From Veleropilina oligotropha (Eukaryota): DNA of 64,000 bases. The stretch covers positions 1-64,000 of the forward strand of contig JBEUKZ010000131.1 in the NCBI GenBank assembly GCA_048128005.1, given 5' to 3'. A program made the position numbers and the translations under genes. Numbering within the stretch: position 1 is the first letter of the stretch; every line of letters begins with the position of its first letter. The notes under the pieces were generated by a model. The model saw nothing but the letters and a program-made list of their open reading frames with translations, did not search any database and was not told the DNA's origin. This document shows positions 49,456 to 62,860 of this stretch, in pieces.

Positions 49456-50548
49456 GTAAGAAGATGAATTATAATGCAGCCATCATGTTTGTCTTTTTTC
49501 CATAAACCAAGGTTTTGCGGTGACTTTAAGTCACTGCAATAAGATTGATGCATATTAACCTATTATGCTCATATTAGTTACAAACTACTTACATCCTTAC
49601 TCTTGCCATAATAGTCATATTATCGCTAACCGGAAACAGTGAATAAAGTCACATTTAGGCACTTATTAAGTCAAAACGTACTACGATTACCTCCCCTGCT
49701 CCCGCTCTCTAAGTTCCCCCGGCGAGATCTCGCCAAGTCTCGCGAGATATCCGAGCTCGAGATCACAAGACCTCAATTCAAAGTTTTCCGCCGAGACGGA
49801 AAGACGTGTTTTTGCTCCGCAAATATTTCGAATTGGGCGTCTGATTTATACGTTTAAATCGAGGACGCTAAAATTTACTTATATTAGTAATATAAGTGGT
49901 GGAATATACACTGTGTTGTGGATATAAACACAAGTGAATAATAAGAAGATTGTGATCTAAAACTTCGAGAAGTTCTGAAAATCAAGTGAAACCGACATCG
50001 CCGCTGTTGCTGGAAAAAAGCATGGCCGCTTAGAGGGGAAGTTTCGTGTGTAGTGGAAATTTCTGGTCGGTATTTTTATCTGATATTGTTTGAGACTGCA
50101 AACAGGTAACTCATTATATTGGATAATTCCTTAACGACGCTATTGCTGGTTATTATTGTATAAAAATTCTAGCGTCGTTAATAGGCAGGATCGTTTAGAT
50201 ATCACTCTTAGTTATTCTGATATCCTGCCGTTTCTGGGATAATACGCCATTGTACTAACATAAAAACATCCACGAGGTTTTCAGGTGTTTTTCTGGGCGG
50301 TTTTTTCGAAGAAAGAACCCCCGTTTGTCTAGTCAATTTGCCGGGTTTTTTACCGGGTCGTGCCGGGTTATTACCCGACCTCGGTGTTCCCAGTTCGGGG
50401 TTTTTTGCGTTTTTGCGGTATATCGCCTGATCTTTGATCTTCAGATCAGGGCAATTCTGAGAGTTGTTGTAGTAAAAGTCACAACTACCATATATATACC
50501 TATTTACCTACCCCGTCTACCCACTACCACCCTCCCGTGTATTCAGCT

Positions 50549-52814
50549 ATGGTCCGGTGCAATAGCTCCGGGTGTAACCAGAAAATTCACGGTTTTGATA
50601 AGCACACGGAATGCCGTATTCACCGTAGTTGTAGTCATAAACTTCAATGTGATCTGTGCATTCTTTTATCAGAGAAGCAGTGGGCGGTTCTATCCCACCC
50701 GGGTAAGTCGACCAGGGCGACTGCCACGGTGGGCCCTAATCCAGAGAAGGGTCTGGAAAAGGGGCTGATTGAAGAGACTGGTAAGTTAAGGGATAACGTT
50801 TCTTCTTTGTCTGCTTCAGGGACGCTGGACGACAGCCGACGTAAGGTACCGTCTGTCGCCGGATCCACCGGCGAAACCTCCGCGACTCTTGGGGGAGTCA
50901 CCGAACCCTTGCCGGGACCCCAGATTCAGGTAAAGGCCCGAGTGCCGACCCTTCCTCCTCAAACGGGCCTAGTAGCTGCAGCCAACCATACCTTGCCGGC
51001 TAGCAAGGTATATCTGGCAGCGCAGTGAACAGCTGAGCAGGGCAGACGATCCCCCTCCTATTCTTCGGCCTCGAAGAATCCGGGGAACGTTAGTCCTTCT
51101 GCGGGAAACTCTCCGTTTAACGACGGGGAGCGACCCAATGAGAAAGCCTTTAAAGAGGCCGGACACCATTACGATGGTCTAATATCCGGACAATTGGCGA
51201 CACCTGAACCCTCGATCGAGACCGACGCGACTACCCCTAGGGGTTTTCCGCTCAACCTCGAAGCTCACGAGACGTTCAGAGGGCCCGTTCTTTCCCGTGC
51301 ACCCACGATGGTCACGCTAGAGAACGTGGACAGACCGGCTGCGTTCGGTGAGGGGTTCTACGGCGGTTTTCCGACCGTGCCTCTCCCGAGCAGAGTGGTA
51401 GACCGATATGGACTGTTGCCGCAGTCCTACCGGTCGTCCGGCCCACCGAACGCGCCTTCGGGCCGTTCTTTCGGGTTCGACCCCTCGACAAGTGCCCTAG
51501 GACCCTGGTCCTCGGCCCCACTTGTCCATGCAGCCCGTCTACCTAGCGCCACGGTTTCCTCGACTGAACTACCGGCTGTTAGTTCGACGCCCGACCTGCG
51601 TCAGGGTTTCTCTTTGGAGAACGTCCAGGCATGGATCGCGGCGGGGTTCGAGGAACAGTGTAAGGCCTGGCCGACGGCTCCCCAGCCGCGCCTGGTACCT
51701 ACACATCTGCCCATGGCGCAGAGCACGGCTCCTGCCTCTGTGATGGAGATCGACCCTCGTTCCGACGAGGACCTCGGTTCCCTTCACTCCGACCTCCCTG
51801 AATCGGTCGGGCCCGAAGACGTTAGTCTTTCAGGCACGCAGGAGCTGACCTCCTCCACCCGCCGAAGGCTCGACGCCGTTGCATCACTTCGCGGGGTGCT
51901 TGGCCTGCCGGAACCGACTCGGTCGGCCGTAGGTTCAGCCAAGCACAGGACGGCAGCACATCGGTTTGTTGAGAGGGAAGTCCCCGAGCTTCCCTCCTTA
52001 CCTCAGTCTGGGCTGGTTGATCTGGTGGTCGACTCGACAACCAAGCTCATACAGGGGCGCAATCCGGTGGAGTCCTCCCCGCTGACCGAGTTCCCTTCGG
52101 GGTTCCGTAGTGGGAGGTACCTCCGGGCCAGTTCGCGTTCGATCCCGTTTGCATGCACTGGTCCGTGCCTGGCGACTGAGCCGGCTCATGTGGACGCAGC
52201 GTTGCGTCGACTGACCGCCAGTCACACTCCCTCCGTGGCGAAAAGTTCCTTGGTCCGCCTTGGAAGCTTTCGAGAGCGCCGCCCGACGGGCTCTGCGGCT
52301 GTCGTATGTTCAGGATTTTTTCTTGGACGGCGCGATAGCCGTACTACAGGAGGATGGACCCGGCGCCTGTGAGGCTGCCCTGTCCTTCCTCCAGGAGGTT
52401 GCTGCCACACAGGAGACCAGCGCGTTGGAGACGGGACGTGTCCTGGGCAATGCACTCCTACTTCGTAGGGATGCTTGCCTGGAAGGCACCTCGCTAGACG
52501 AGGCCACCCGGCGCTCGTTGCGATGCGTGCCTTGCTCGGCCACCACTCTCTTTGGTGACAACTTTTCGGAGTTCGTCGACAAGAGAGCGGCGGACATGAA
52601 GGACCGTGCCATCGAGAAGGCGGTACTGCACCCCGTTCGGGGTCCACCTGCCGACTCGAGGAAGCGCTCAGGGCCCACCCGGGCCCCGAAGCCTTCTAAG
52701 CGTGCGAAGCCCTCTTCGGGTGGTAGGCCTCCGGCCAGTAAACCCACTCCGAAGAGGCAAGCACCTCCAGCGAAATCCCGTAAGCAGAGCGGGAGAGGGA
52801 AGCCTCGGCCCTAG
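50549..52814 (+). pseudogene. gag: B2 gag, disrupted
   Basis: TGA at 51026-28 (AGA in B1); frameshift near 52243. Confidence 0.88.
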
Positions 52815-54881
52815 GGCTGCCGGCATTCGCGACGGTCCCAGCTGCCCGCTTCCGCCGGTGGGAGCGTGTCTGTTAGCGTACAGCCAGTCGTGGCTAGAGC
52901 TAACAGACAGCAGCTGGGTCCACTTAGTCGTGAGTGCCGGATACAAGTTGGCATTCAACCGGCATCCGACCTTAACCGAGGCACCACCACCAAGACACGC
53001 TCGCCTCCTAAACGGAGAGAAACAAGCGGTCTTAGACCAGGCAGTGCGGGATTTGCTCCTCAAAGGAGCGATATATCCCGCGCCGCCCAGCACACCAGGA
53101 TTTTACAGCCATTTCTTCCTGGTCCCGAAACCCGATGGCCGCTGGCGACCGATCCTCGATCTCTCGTATCTCAACCGATATCTTCGCACCGAGAAATTCC
53201 AGCAAGAAACCCTCTCGAAGATTCGAGCGGCCATCCGTCCGGGCGACTGGGCAGCGTCTATCGATCTGACCGACGCGTATCTGCATGTCCCGATGTATAT
53301 CACGGCTCATCAGTACCTTCGGTTTATACACGGGGAGACGATCTACCAATTCAGGTGTCTACCTTTCGGTCTATCGTCAGCCCCTTACGTCTTCACGAGA
53401 ACAGTACAGGCCCTAGGGGCCTTCCTACACTCTCTAGGGCACAGGGTACATATGTACCTCGACGACTGGCTGATCCTCGGGGCATCCCGAGATCTGTGCC
53501 TCCGGTCTACGAGCTTTACCCTGTCATCGACGAAGCGCCTGGGATTTCAGATCAACGAGACAAAATCCTGCTTCGTGCCCTCGACGACGTTTACGTTCCT
53601 CGGAGTCGACTTCGATACGGTCCGGTACACCGCGAAACCGACCCAGAAACGTATGCGGAACCTACGCGCGGTTATCCAAGACACCCTGTCATCGGACATA
53701 ACTACGGCGCGACAACTGGCCACTGTCCTGGGGCACATCGAGTCGGTAGCGACCCTGCTACCGACGGGTCGCATGGACAAACGACCGTTACAACAGGCGT
53801 TCAGGGATCGCTGGATACAACGGACGGGGCAGTGGACGGATCGCATCGATCTTCGGCATTGGTTTACCAACACAACAGCAGTGTGGTTGAACCCTGCTTT
53901 GCCGGACCAGTCGGTTCCTATATCCCCGCCAGAGCCGAACGCTTACCTGTTCACAGACGCTTCGAACGACGGCTGGGGTGGTCACCTCGACAGTTACGAG
54001 ACATCAGGCCTATGGCCGACGGACCTTCAGGGACGACACATCAACTTCCTAGAGTTAGAAGCCGTCTACCTGTCAGTACGGTCCCTCTCGTCACATCTCC
54101 GCAACAAGCACATAATGCTCGCCACGGACAACACGACTGTCGTCGCTTACATCCAGCACCAGGGCGGCACTTGCTCGCGTCCCCTTTGCGACCGAGCAAT
54201 AGACCTACACCGCCTAGTGATGTCCCTCAACTCGACGATTCGAGCCCGACACATCCCGGGAAAGCTGAATGTCAGAGCGGACTTGCTCTCTCGGAAATCA
54301 CAGATTATACACACAGAGTGGACGCTACACAGCCGAGTAGCTCGGGACGCCGGTGGTCACAACCCCAAGTCGATCTGTTTGCAACAGAATTCAATTACCG
54401 ACTACCTCTGTATGTCTCCCCGTACCCGGACCCGGCCGCCCTAGCGGTCGACGCACTGTCAATGACATGGGAGAATCTGTCCGCGTATGCCTTCCCCCCG
54501 TCGTGCATTCTAACACTGGTATTACAGAAGGCATCGAACGAACGTTGCGAGATAACGCTAATAGCGCCCCTGTATCGCACGCAACCTTGGTTTCCGACCC
54601 TCCTCGATCTGATCGTCGACCGACCGTTATCGCTCCCGCAGAGACCGGACCTGTTAATGCAGGCTCGCAGCCGTGTACTACATCCATCGCCAAACGACTT
54701 ACGTTTACACGCCTGGCGGTTATCGAACGATCCCTTGCTAAGAAAGGATTTTCTCACGCAACAGCCCTACGCATCTACCGATCGAGAAGGATTTCCACGA
54801 CTAAAGTTTATGACTACCGATGGGTTAAGTACGTGGATTGGTGTCACAGCCGGCAGGTCAATATACTCCGTCCCCCTGTGA
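52606..54881 (+). pseudogene. pol: B2 pol, frameshifted before the MTase-like domain
   Basis: 7-bp deletion near 54348 relative to B1. Confidence 0.9.
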
Positions 54882-55792
54882 ACAAGTTTATCGAGTTTTT
54901 ATCGTCGCTCTTTGACCGCGGTATGTCAGTGTCCGCCGTCAAAGGCTATCGGGCAACGATCGCGACCACGTTAAAACAGTGCCGTGCCCATGTTGGCCTA
55001 TCTAGCGACCGAACGATTTCGGATTTTATACGATCCTACGAACTCGAGATGCCGACCCGAACTATTCGGCCACCTGCCTGGAATATCGTTCTCATCCTTA
55101 ACGCTCTACACTTACCCCCGTACGAGCCGATGTCCACGGTGTCTATGAGGAACTTAACGCACAAAACGGTTTTTCTGATCGCCTTAGCGTCGGGCAGACG
55201 TTGTTCCGAGATTCATAGTTTATCCGTCGAGCTACGAGATATTCGATTCCAGTCAGACGGGTCGGTGATGTTGCGTCCTATCTTGGGCTTTCTCGCCAAG
55301 AATCAGCGGCCGAACGAGGACGCACCCAATATCATTATCCCTAAGCTTACGCTGGTCGGAAGGCATGACGAAGACCGGTTAAATTGCCCCATGCGGGCCC
55401 TGCGCTTCTACCGCGACAGGACCCGTGATATGCGGCAGGGTAAATTACGTTTATTCATTTCGTATTTACCTTCTTTCACCCGCGACATTACAAAGACTAC
55501 TGTTTTGCGGTGGATTTCACAGGTGGTGAGAGATGTATACTCTCGCTGTGAAGAAGTAGACCGCACTATTTTATCTGTGCGCGCGCATGAGGTCCGTGCA
55601 ATAGCGGCTTCAATTTCCTTCCGACATAATTTTAATATCACAGCGTTGCTTCAAGCAGGTTACTGGAAGAATGCCAATGTCTTTGTTAAGCATTATCTGC
55701 GGGACTATTCAACCGGGGCTGATGGTTTGAGCACTCTACAGTGTGTGGCTGCTCAACGATGTATTGTTAGACCGAGGTCGTCTAATCAGTGA
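54353..55792 (+). CDS. B2 tyrosine recombinase domain, open downstream of the deletion
   Basis: GRRCSE, HEVR, YW and HY motifs; conserved MGES ATG. Confidence 0.85.
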   Translation: MVTTPSRSVCNRIQLPTTSVCLPVPGPGRPSGRRTVNDMGESVRVCLPPVVHSNTGITEGIERTLRDNANSAPVSHATLVSDPPRSDRRPTVIAPAETGPVNAGSQPCTTSIAKRLTFTRLAVIERSLAKKGFSHATALRIYRSRRISTTKVYDYRWVKYVDWCHSRQVNILRPPVNKFIEFLSSLFDRGMSVSAVKGYRATIATTLKQCRAHVGLSSDRTISDFIRSYELEMPTRTIRPPAWNIVLILNALHLPPYEPMSTVSMRNLTHKTVFLIALASGRRCSEIHSLSVELRDIRFQSDGSVMLRPILGFLAKNQRPNEDAPNIIIPKLTLVGRHDEDRLNCPMRALRFYRDRTRDMRQGKLRLFISYLPSFTRDITKTTVLRWISQVVRDVYSRCEEVDRTILSVRAHEVRAIAASISFRHNFNITALLQAGYWKNANVFVKHYLRDYSTGADGLSTLQCVAAQRCIVRPRSSNQ

Positions 55793-56584
55793 GTATTGTT
55801 TCTTGATTGATCAATTTACATAATTCGTACTGACGCAATGTTATTTGTTGGCCTGGCTGTTCTATGAAATAGACACATATGAGGCGATTCAATGTCTGTT
55901 CATTTCTTAAAAACATTTTAAGATTTTGTACTTCATGTCATACCTGAGTATATTGACAAGCCAGATCACATTGAATTTAATAAACAATTATATTGCGAAA
56001 ATCTTATAGGTTTTCAGGTTCAATATTATTTGATGTTCTATGCTGTTATCGAACATACGATGTTCAAGACATTGAAAAATTTTTAATATTTGCTTCCTTA
56101 AAATTATTTTTAAGTAACATGTCTTACATGTTAGCGTTTCGCAAGTTGGTCATGCGAATCAATTATTAATATCGATTATTTATTTAATCTATTAATTCTT
56201 TGCTTTTGATTTCAAGCTTTCACAACCTATTAGGTTCCGTGTGCTTACAAATCCGACTGCATCCTCTGGCTACCGGCCTTCGGCCATGAGTACCATTTGG
56301 CTGCCACTGGCCCATGACACGTAAGACCTACAAGGATCCATCCTTCCGGCCGTGCCTGGGGCTGATTGCACTTCCGTTCACCGCGTCCGACTAACACCAC
56401 GGCGTATTCTCCCGGTAACACTGGTCGAAATTCTCGCTTGGTAAGAGTTGAATATAAGACTCAGTAAATTCCACTCTGGGCGGACACAATCGACGCTTCA
56501 AGCTGATTGAAATGGTGAAAAGTAAGTCATTATCTTGTTTGGGTTGTTGTAAGGAACTTCTTACCCACCTATCCAAGGTTATTC

Positions 56585-56673
56585 TGGCAAGAGTAAGGAC
56601 GTAAGTAGTTTGTAACTAATATGAGGTTTGTAATTAAACCTAATATTAGTTAAAACATACTTACGTCCTTACT
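56585..56673. repeat. B2 ICR
   Basis: Complement of both termini joined through AT. Confidence 0.95.
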
Positions 56674-58612
56674 ACGATTACCCACCCTGCGTTTCGCATT
56701 CCTCCCCTCTACTAAGTTCCTTTGGGGTTCTGAACTTTGAATTGAGGTCTTGTGATCTCGAGCTCGGATATCTCGCGAGACTTGGCGAGATCTCGCCGGG
56801 GGAACTTAGAGAGCGGGAGCAGGGGAGGTAATCGTAGTACGTTTTGACTTAATAAGTGCCTAAATGTGACTTTATTCACTGTTTCCGGTTAGCGATAATA
56901 TGACTATTATGGCAAGAGTAAGGACGTAATTATGTTTTAACTAATATTAGGTTTAATTAAAAACCTCATTTTTGGTTCACTATATAACGTTCTGTTAAAA
57001 ATGTAAATAAATATATATATATATATGTGGTACAAAGAATTGAGTGTTTGTGTGCTCAATGTTGAATCATGTGATTGATCTCTTTAAAATAATGATGTTT
57101 TACCATTCAAAGGGTTAATACTTTCCAAGTTGTATCTCACTCAAGGGTTAATACATATCAAATGTGTTATTCCACTCAAAAGGGTTAATACTTTTAATAT
57201 TATATCCAATGTTTTATCCCACTCCAATGGTGAATACTTATCCACACTTCATGGTGTGGCAGTGTCTGTTTATTGCAATGTACTCTGGCTGCTATACTGT
57301 GGGCCATCTTCTCATGGATGGCATCCCAATGGGATGGCTTCCTAACATGCATTATCTATGATGTGTCAGCGAACATGATGAATGCCTTCAACATGTTTAC
57401 TTGTTTATCGTTATGGGATGTAACTCTGTTGGTGGGCTATATTCTTGAATGATTACCTATTTTCATCTAGATGCTCTCTGCAATGCAAACCCGACCATCC
57501 CTGATCGTTTTGTGAGAGACAGTTTTGTAGCGACCAATCTGATGACGTGTCATACAGTTACGCAAACTGGCACTGAGAAATTTAGTAACTTTCATGTTCA
57601 CCTTCAATTTCAGTTATGTTTTGTAATCTGTAATCTACCAATTTGCGTTATTAGCATGAAATAATGCAATTTTTTTATATGATTCAATTTTATATGACGA
57701 TTGTACCAATAATATATTTAAGTCATGTTAACAAAGTAACCAATAGTTTGGAGATATGCCATACCTGCACCCATCTGGGCAGATACATTAGATAGCTGCA
57801 GCATATATCTGTTCTCTTCCTAAAGGTCAGACATCCATTCGGATGGACTGCATCTGCTTTTGGATGCTATCCTGTTTCATTATTATGTGATGCTACGTCA
57901 TCAAATTCTGTACCCCTGCCTCAGAAATATCAGATCATCTGTAGAACAGCACAGCAGTGTATATACTAGATGTCAACATTTTACAATTTCCATTTCAGCG
58001 TGTAATGAATGAATATCCAATAAATTTAAGTTTATTTATCCATGTCTCGTAAGGCTGCTTTGAAAAATTGACAAATGTAAAAAGATTAATTGTCTTGATT
58101 GTGTGTTTAATAGTAATGCAATCGATTGATGCTTCATGGAGTTTCAAATGAAATCTTTGTTGTTCTTTTCAGCATTAAGCATATTAAGTTCATACTGGAT
58201 GTTAGTTTCTCTCCATGTCATTAATTACTCCACCCTTAAACAAATTCATTTACTAAATGATCGGAGATAGTAGTGAATGTTAGATTGATCGAGATTCATG
58301 TTTTCTTTCGCTTTATGACTTCTCGGGATAATTTCCTGTTAGTCATCATTGCATAGATAACGCGTTTCCATCCCCTCCTGAGTTCTTCACATAGCGATCT
58401 AATTGGCAAGGGTTTAGCATTGAGATAACTGCGCAGAAAGATGCTTCGCCCTATTGCAACAAAGTTCTGTAATACAGACAAACTCCTGAGCTCATATCCA
58501 GACATTGTATTTATAGATGAATTGTTAGACGTCACTTATCTGGTCTGCAACCAGACTCAATAACGTACATGCATGTATCATGCTAAATGTTTAAAAAAAT
58601 ATATCGAGATAT

Positions 58613-58955
58613 ATGTATGGGATAAACTACTCGATAGCGTTGAATAGATCAGAGAAAACACTACTGTCGAGGGCCGTGAGGCCCGAGACAGGAGTGTTTT
58701 CTCTGAATTATTCAACGCTATCGAGTAGTTTATGTCACTTAAAACATTTCGCCATTGAACAATAGCCTCATTCCCCACCAGGTACCTCTATTGTAGTTAA
58801 TTGGAGTGCATTAGTTGAATGAAAGTCTTAATTGCCGTGTATTAGTTGAATGCCTTTAAACTATTCAACGGCTGGGCCAACAAAGCTTGTTCTTCGATTG
58901 AATAGGCAGAATAAACAACTGCCCAGAACAATAGATGACTCACAGAAATGTTTTA
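58613..58955. repeat. Inverted second copy of the 35719-36054 repeat
   Basis: Reverse-complement match including the hairpin. Confidence 0.85.
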
Positions 58956-60194
58956 AATATATATATATATATGATATCTATCAGATTCTGTGATTTTGGA
59001 TACCATTGTCGAAATGACGTTTTAAGATCAATCAGTTTATTTTGTTTTAAGTTTGTAGTTTAATAACAATATTAATATAGATATATTGTCAATTTTAAAT
59101 GCGTGCATATTATTAATGAAGTTGGAATAGTTCATCACAATCAGCCATTGAGATCCTAATCAAGAAAATATTTGATATCATACAAAATATTTGATAAAAA
59201 TGCTCATTACCACTGTGGTTTTGTGTTGATGGTTGCGTGTTAAAGCGAGTTATATGCTGATGAAGTGTTGGATGATGGATTGATGTTAACGACCTAGCCA
59301 ACAGTATTTCAGCTTTAAATCGGGACAATCAACTTTCAATAATGAAATGAAATTGGGAAAATTCCCGGTGTTATATAGAATTATGACACAAAAGAAAGTG
59401 ACCCACGAGACATAATTCAACTGTATTATAGAAAAGTGACCAGGAGGTAAAATTCTACTAATAAATCAAACAATTGATAAATTTTGACACAATGAGGTGC
59501 ACATGGCCTCCATAATATATTCAGCTACAACAAATCAGTTTACTATAAAGATCTGCCAATGAAAATATGTTGTTTCTTTCATGGTTCCCAATGCATTCCC
59601 CTCTGCCCTGCTTCACAGGATCGGTTTCAAATCCTTGCGTCTGGACTTCGTGCTGTCACAGTTGGGGAGAGGATGGATTTTCCCGGATGATTGGGCTTTC
59701 CATCCGCTATAATATGTCCTGATATGACACCGAACAGTGACATTTAACATCATCCTGGGGCGGTGAGTTTGATACGTACGTTTATCCTGTGAGCTTTGAA
59801 AATATCACATGAGATGAAATCGAGTGACTGTGTGATATTGTCATAGCAAACAGGATAAACGTACGTATCAAACTTAAGTCGCAGGATAACATTTTTATTT
59901 TCATTTTATTTTTAAAAATATCTAACTTTATATGCATGTCAATGCTGAACAATGACTAAGCAATGAATAACGTCATGTTAAATTGCACCTTACGGGTTAT
60001 TCTATGTGCAAAATAACCTGCATATTTGAAAAGCTGAGGAATAGTTTAGTCATGCATTCATGTATATGAATTTCAAAGAAATACTTGAAAACACTTGATT
60101 ATCCCCCACAGAAGCAAATGACGTCAAGCAGATGACGTAGTTTGATACGAAAACGTCGAGTTTGACATGAGTATTTGTCAACCTCCATGTGACG

Positions 60195-61160
60195 CAGGGG
60201 TAGAATTTTAAATTTTTCAGTGCAAGGCCACTTTGGCCTTGGATTGGGGACAAACTTTGGGGGCACCAAGGCCAGTGAGCAGGGCACGAAGGCCAACATT
60301 TATTTCAAGGGCAGGGCACTAAGGCCACTATCAATTGACATAGGATTTATTTTAATATGTAGTCAAATAAATATATTGTATGAATGGCAAATTGTTTTGC
60401 ATTGACTATATAAATAAGATAAAATAAAGATAATATGAAATACAGGTGGTACTCCAGTTACATTTATTCGTAAATATTAATTTTGTTGCTTAAAAATACA
60501 TCGCGACGCTCACCTTGACAGTAGCCTGAACAGACAGTGAAAAGTGAGACCACGTGTTGGCATTCGGTAACACATGGTAAATCTATCAGACTTGCTTAAC
60601 GATACATAAATGAACTAGCAATGTTATTTACAAAGAAAGAATTATTTACAACGTCGACTGTCCTGTTAACAAATTCATTGCTAGCGTCATTCGCGTAGTA
60701 ATGGTCGAACGAACATCCCGCTGTCATTGAATGTCAACTCGCCCACGCAGAAGCGTGATTTCGCAGTCATACATGTCGGTGAGTATTCTTACTCTTTTCG
60801 TTGGAGAGTGCAGCACAGGGAGATAACCTGTGTATGCGCGGGAAACCGAAAGTACCGATAGAATATGAATGTATATTTCAGGACGTTAACTGATTAAATT
60901 CGAGTGAAAATCGGTATTAAAGCGTACTTTTCGATGATTCCGTTATCTATGTAAGTAAAAATATTCTTCAAAGGGGGCGCTTATACTTGTAAAATTTGGA
61001 GAAGGCCTGCTAACACATAGGAAAGACACTACGGCTATTAGGAAGGGCAATTATGGCTATTTATTGCCGTGGACATAGTTCATTATATGGGGACACCATG
61101 GACAGTAATAAAGGCACCTACGGCAAATGCCGTAGTGCCGTGGGCCAAATTCGATCCCTG
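60195..61160. mobile_element. hAT-like non-autonomous element
   Basis: CAGGGGTAGAATTT / AAATTCGATCCCTG ends; TGTGACG duplicated on both sides (7 bp). Confidence 0.6.
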
Positions 61161-61728
61161 TGTGACGTCATTTTGACGAATCGGACGTCGCGGATATCGG
61201 GAAATGAAAATAATAAGCATTGATCTAAACCAACAAAAAATCATTAGTTTCAACATATAAGGAATGAAGACAATCCTCTGGTGAAGATCTCAATGCAGAT
61301 CGAAACCGGTCAGAAAATATACTTCTGGCGTGCCTCTCTTTAAAGAGTGGAGTATCTTCTATTTATCTTATATATACTGGTAATTATTTGCTATTTTATA
61401 TTGTTTTCAATGTCAGTGACAGTATGGATTACAAAACCAAAGAAGCAGTTTATTTAATGACAAGTTTTAACGACGGACCCCTTTGATTAGTGATTATAAT
61501 ATTTATAAAAAATTTCTGGTCCTTGATTTCTGGAATATCATTTAATACAAATTCAAGATTCTCCTTCCATCATTATATAATTAAGGTATAAATGGGGATT
61601 TGCCTTCGAACATATGAATAGAGTAACTTCTGATGTATTCGATATAACATATTATGTTGCTATGGAAACTATCTATCTGCCATTTCGTGTAGGTGGAACA
61701 TTGCACTAAATGTTTAGATCAGATTGAC

Positions 61729-61888
61729 TTTGTATATGTTTTCTTTGCTGCTGGTTGCAGAAGACCAGATTCAGATAGGCGGATTCAGACCCAAATCTGA
61801 CTGCCAGCCAAGACATGAAGCGGATTATGTGCTCGTATCTTGGCTCTCCTCCAATGTCAGTTTTATCCGAACAGGAGGGGCAGCTAGT
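61729..61888 (-). CDS. Candidate exon of an unidentified minus-strand gene
   Basis: Open frame TSCPSCSDKTDIGGEPRYEHIIRFMSWLAVRF..., phase-0 compatible with the 62269 exon; splice sites weak. Confidence 0.4.
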
Positions 61889-62268
61889 CTAGCATTCAGA
61901 ATTTGTTCCAAATTTAGATTTTGTAAGGAGAAAGCAGATTGATTATATGCTCAACAAGTTTTATAATAATAATAATTACTATTTTATTTTTTAAAGTAAA
62001 TTTTATTTCAATATCTAGGAATATATCTATTAATACTTAAATATGCAGCCTCTCTGTCTGTCTACCTCTCTCTATTTCACTCTCGGTACTCCGTCACGCT
62101 ATAAACTCCCTGTAACTCGGGCAAAGCTAAGAGACAAAAATAGTCAGCGGCAGTTGATTGTTTGATGTGATTTTAAGTTTTTTTTCCAGTTTTAACGTCA
62201 ATGCCCATGCTGGTACATGTCCATATTATTGCGAAAAAAAATAGCTTCAAATATCAGATGAAACTTAC

Positions 62269-62523
62269 CCTACTATATCTGTTATGGACTACCATGATAA
62301 CTCGGAGATCCTTGAACCAGGAGAAGCCACACTTGGCCGCCATGTGGTGTACTGGATAATTGACTTCCGAATAAATGGCCTGATCTCTGATTAAGAGGAT
62401 TGGGTTCAACTCTTCTGCGGGATGTTTTCTACAATTTACTGTCACAGTGACCATAACTGGCCAGTGCTGGAGGGTTGTCCCAGGCAGCTGGTTTGTTCTG
62501 TGGTACAATGGATAAGGCATGAC
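62269..62523 (-). CDS. Exon of an unidentified minus-strand gene
   Basis: cttcag acceptor, AGG|gtaagt donor, 85 open codons (VMPYPLYHR...FSWFKDLRVIMVVHNRYSR). Confidence 0.65.
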
Positions 62524-62860
62524 CTGAAGTGTGTTAAATGATTCATTAAACATCCATCCATACCAAAACCGAGGCAGTCTGATGTTGTGTAAATGTTATT
62601 TTAGAATGATGTTTTTCTTGTGACATAATGTGCTATCCAGGAAGTTATTTTGCGAAAATCTATTGTTATATATACTGTATATAATAGTGATAATAATACA
62701 AGTTTTGCTCTACTCAGCATTCTCCTTCTCCACTGTTCTTGTACGGACTAGATCTCAGGTCCTATACATGGCAGCATGATTTCCTTGGTATATTAACTCT
62801 CACTATCATGTCATTGTGCAAGGCGATGAAATTTTGCAGAAACGACCATCGACCTTGACC

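Larger units (their letters stand above)
49571..56969 (+). mobile_element. DIRS1-type retrotransposon copy B2 (degenerate)
   Basis: 200-bp ITRs 49586-49785 and 56733-56932; ICR 56585-56673 with AT at 56621-22; AT at both ends. Confidence 0.96.

Noticed and set aside
57100..57195. Three TCAA(A)GGGTTAATAC repeats
   Set aside because: Short degenerate local repeat with no matching opposite terminus found.
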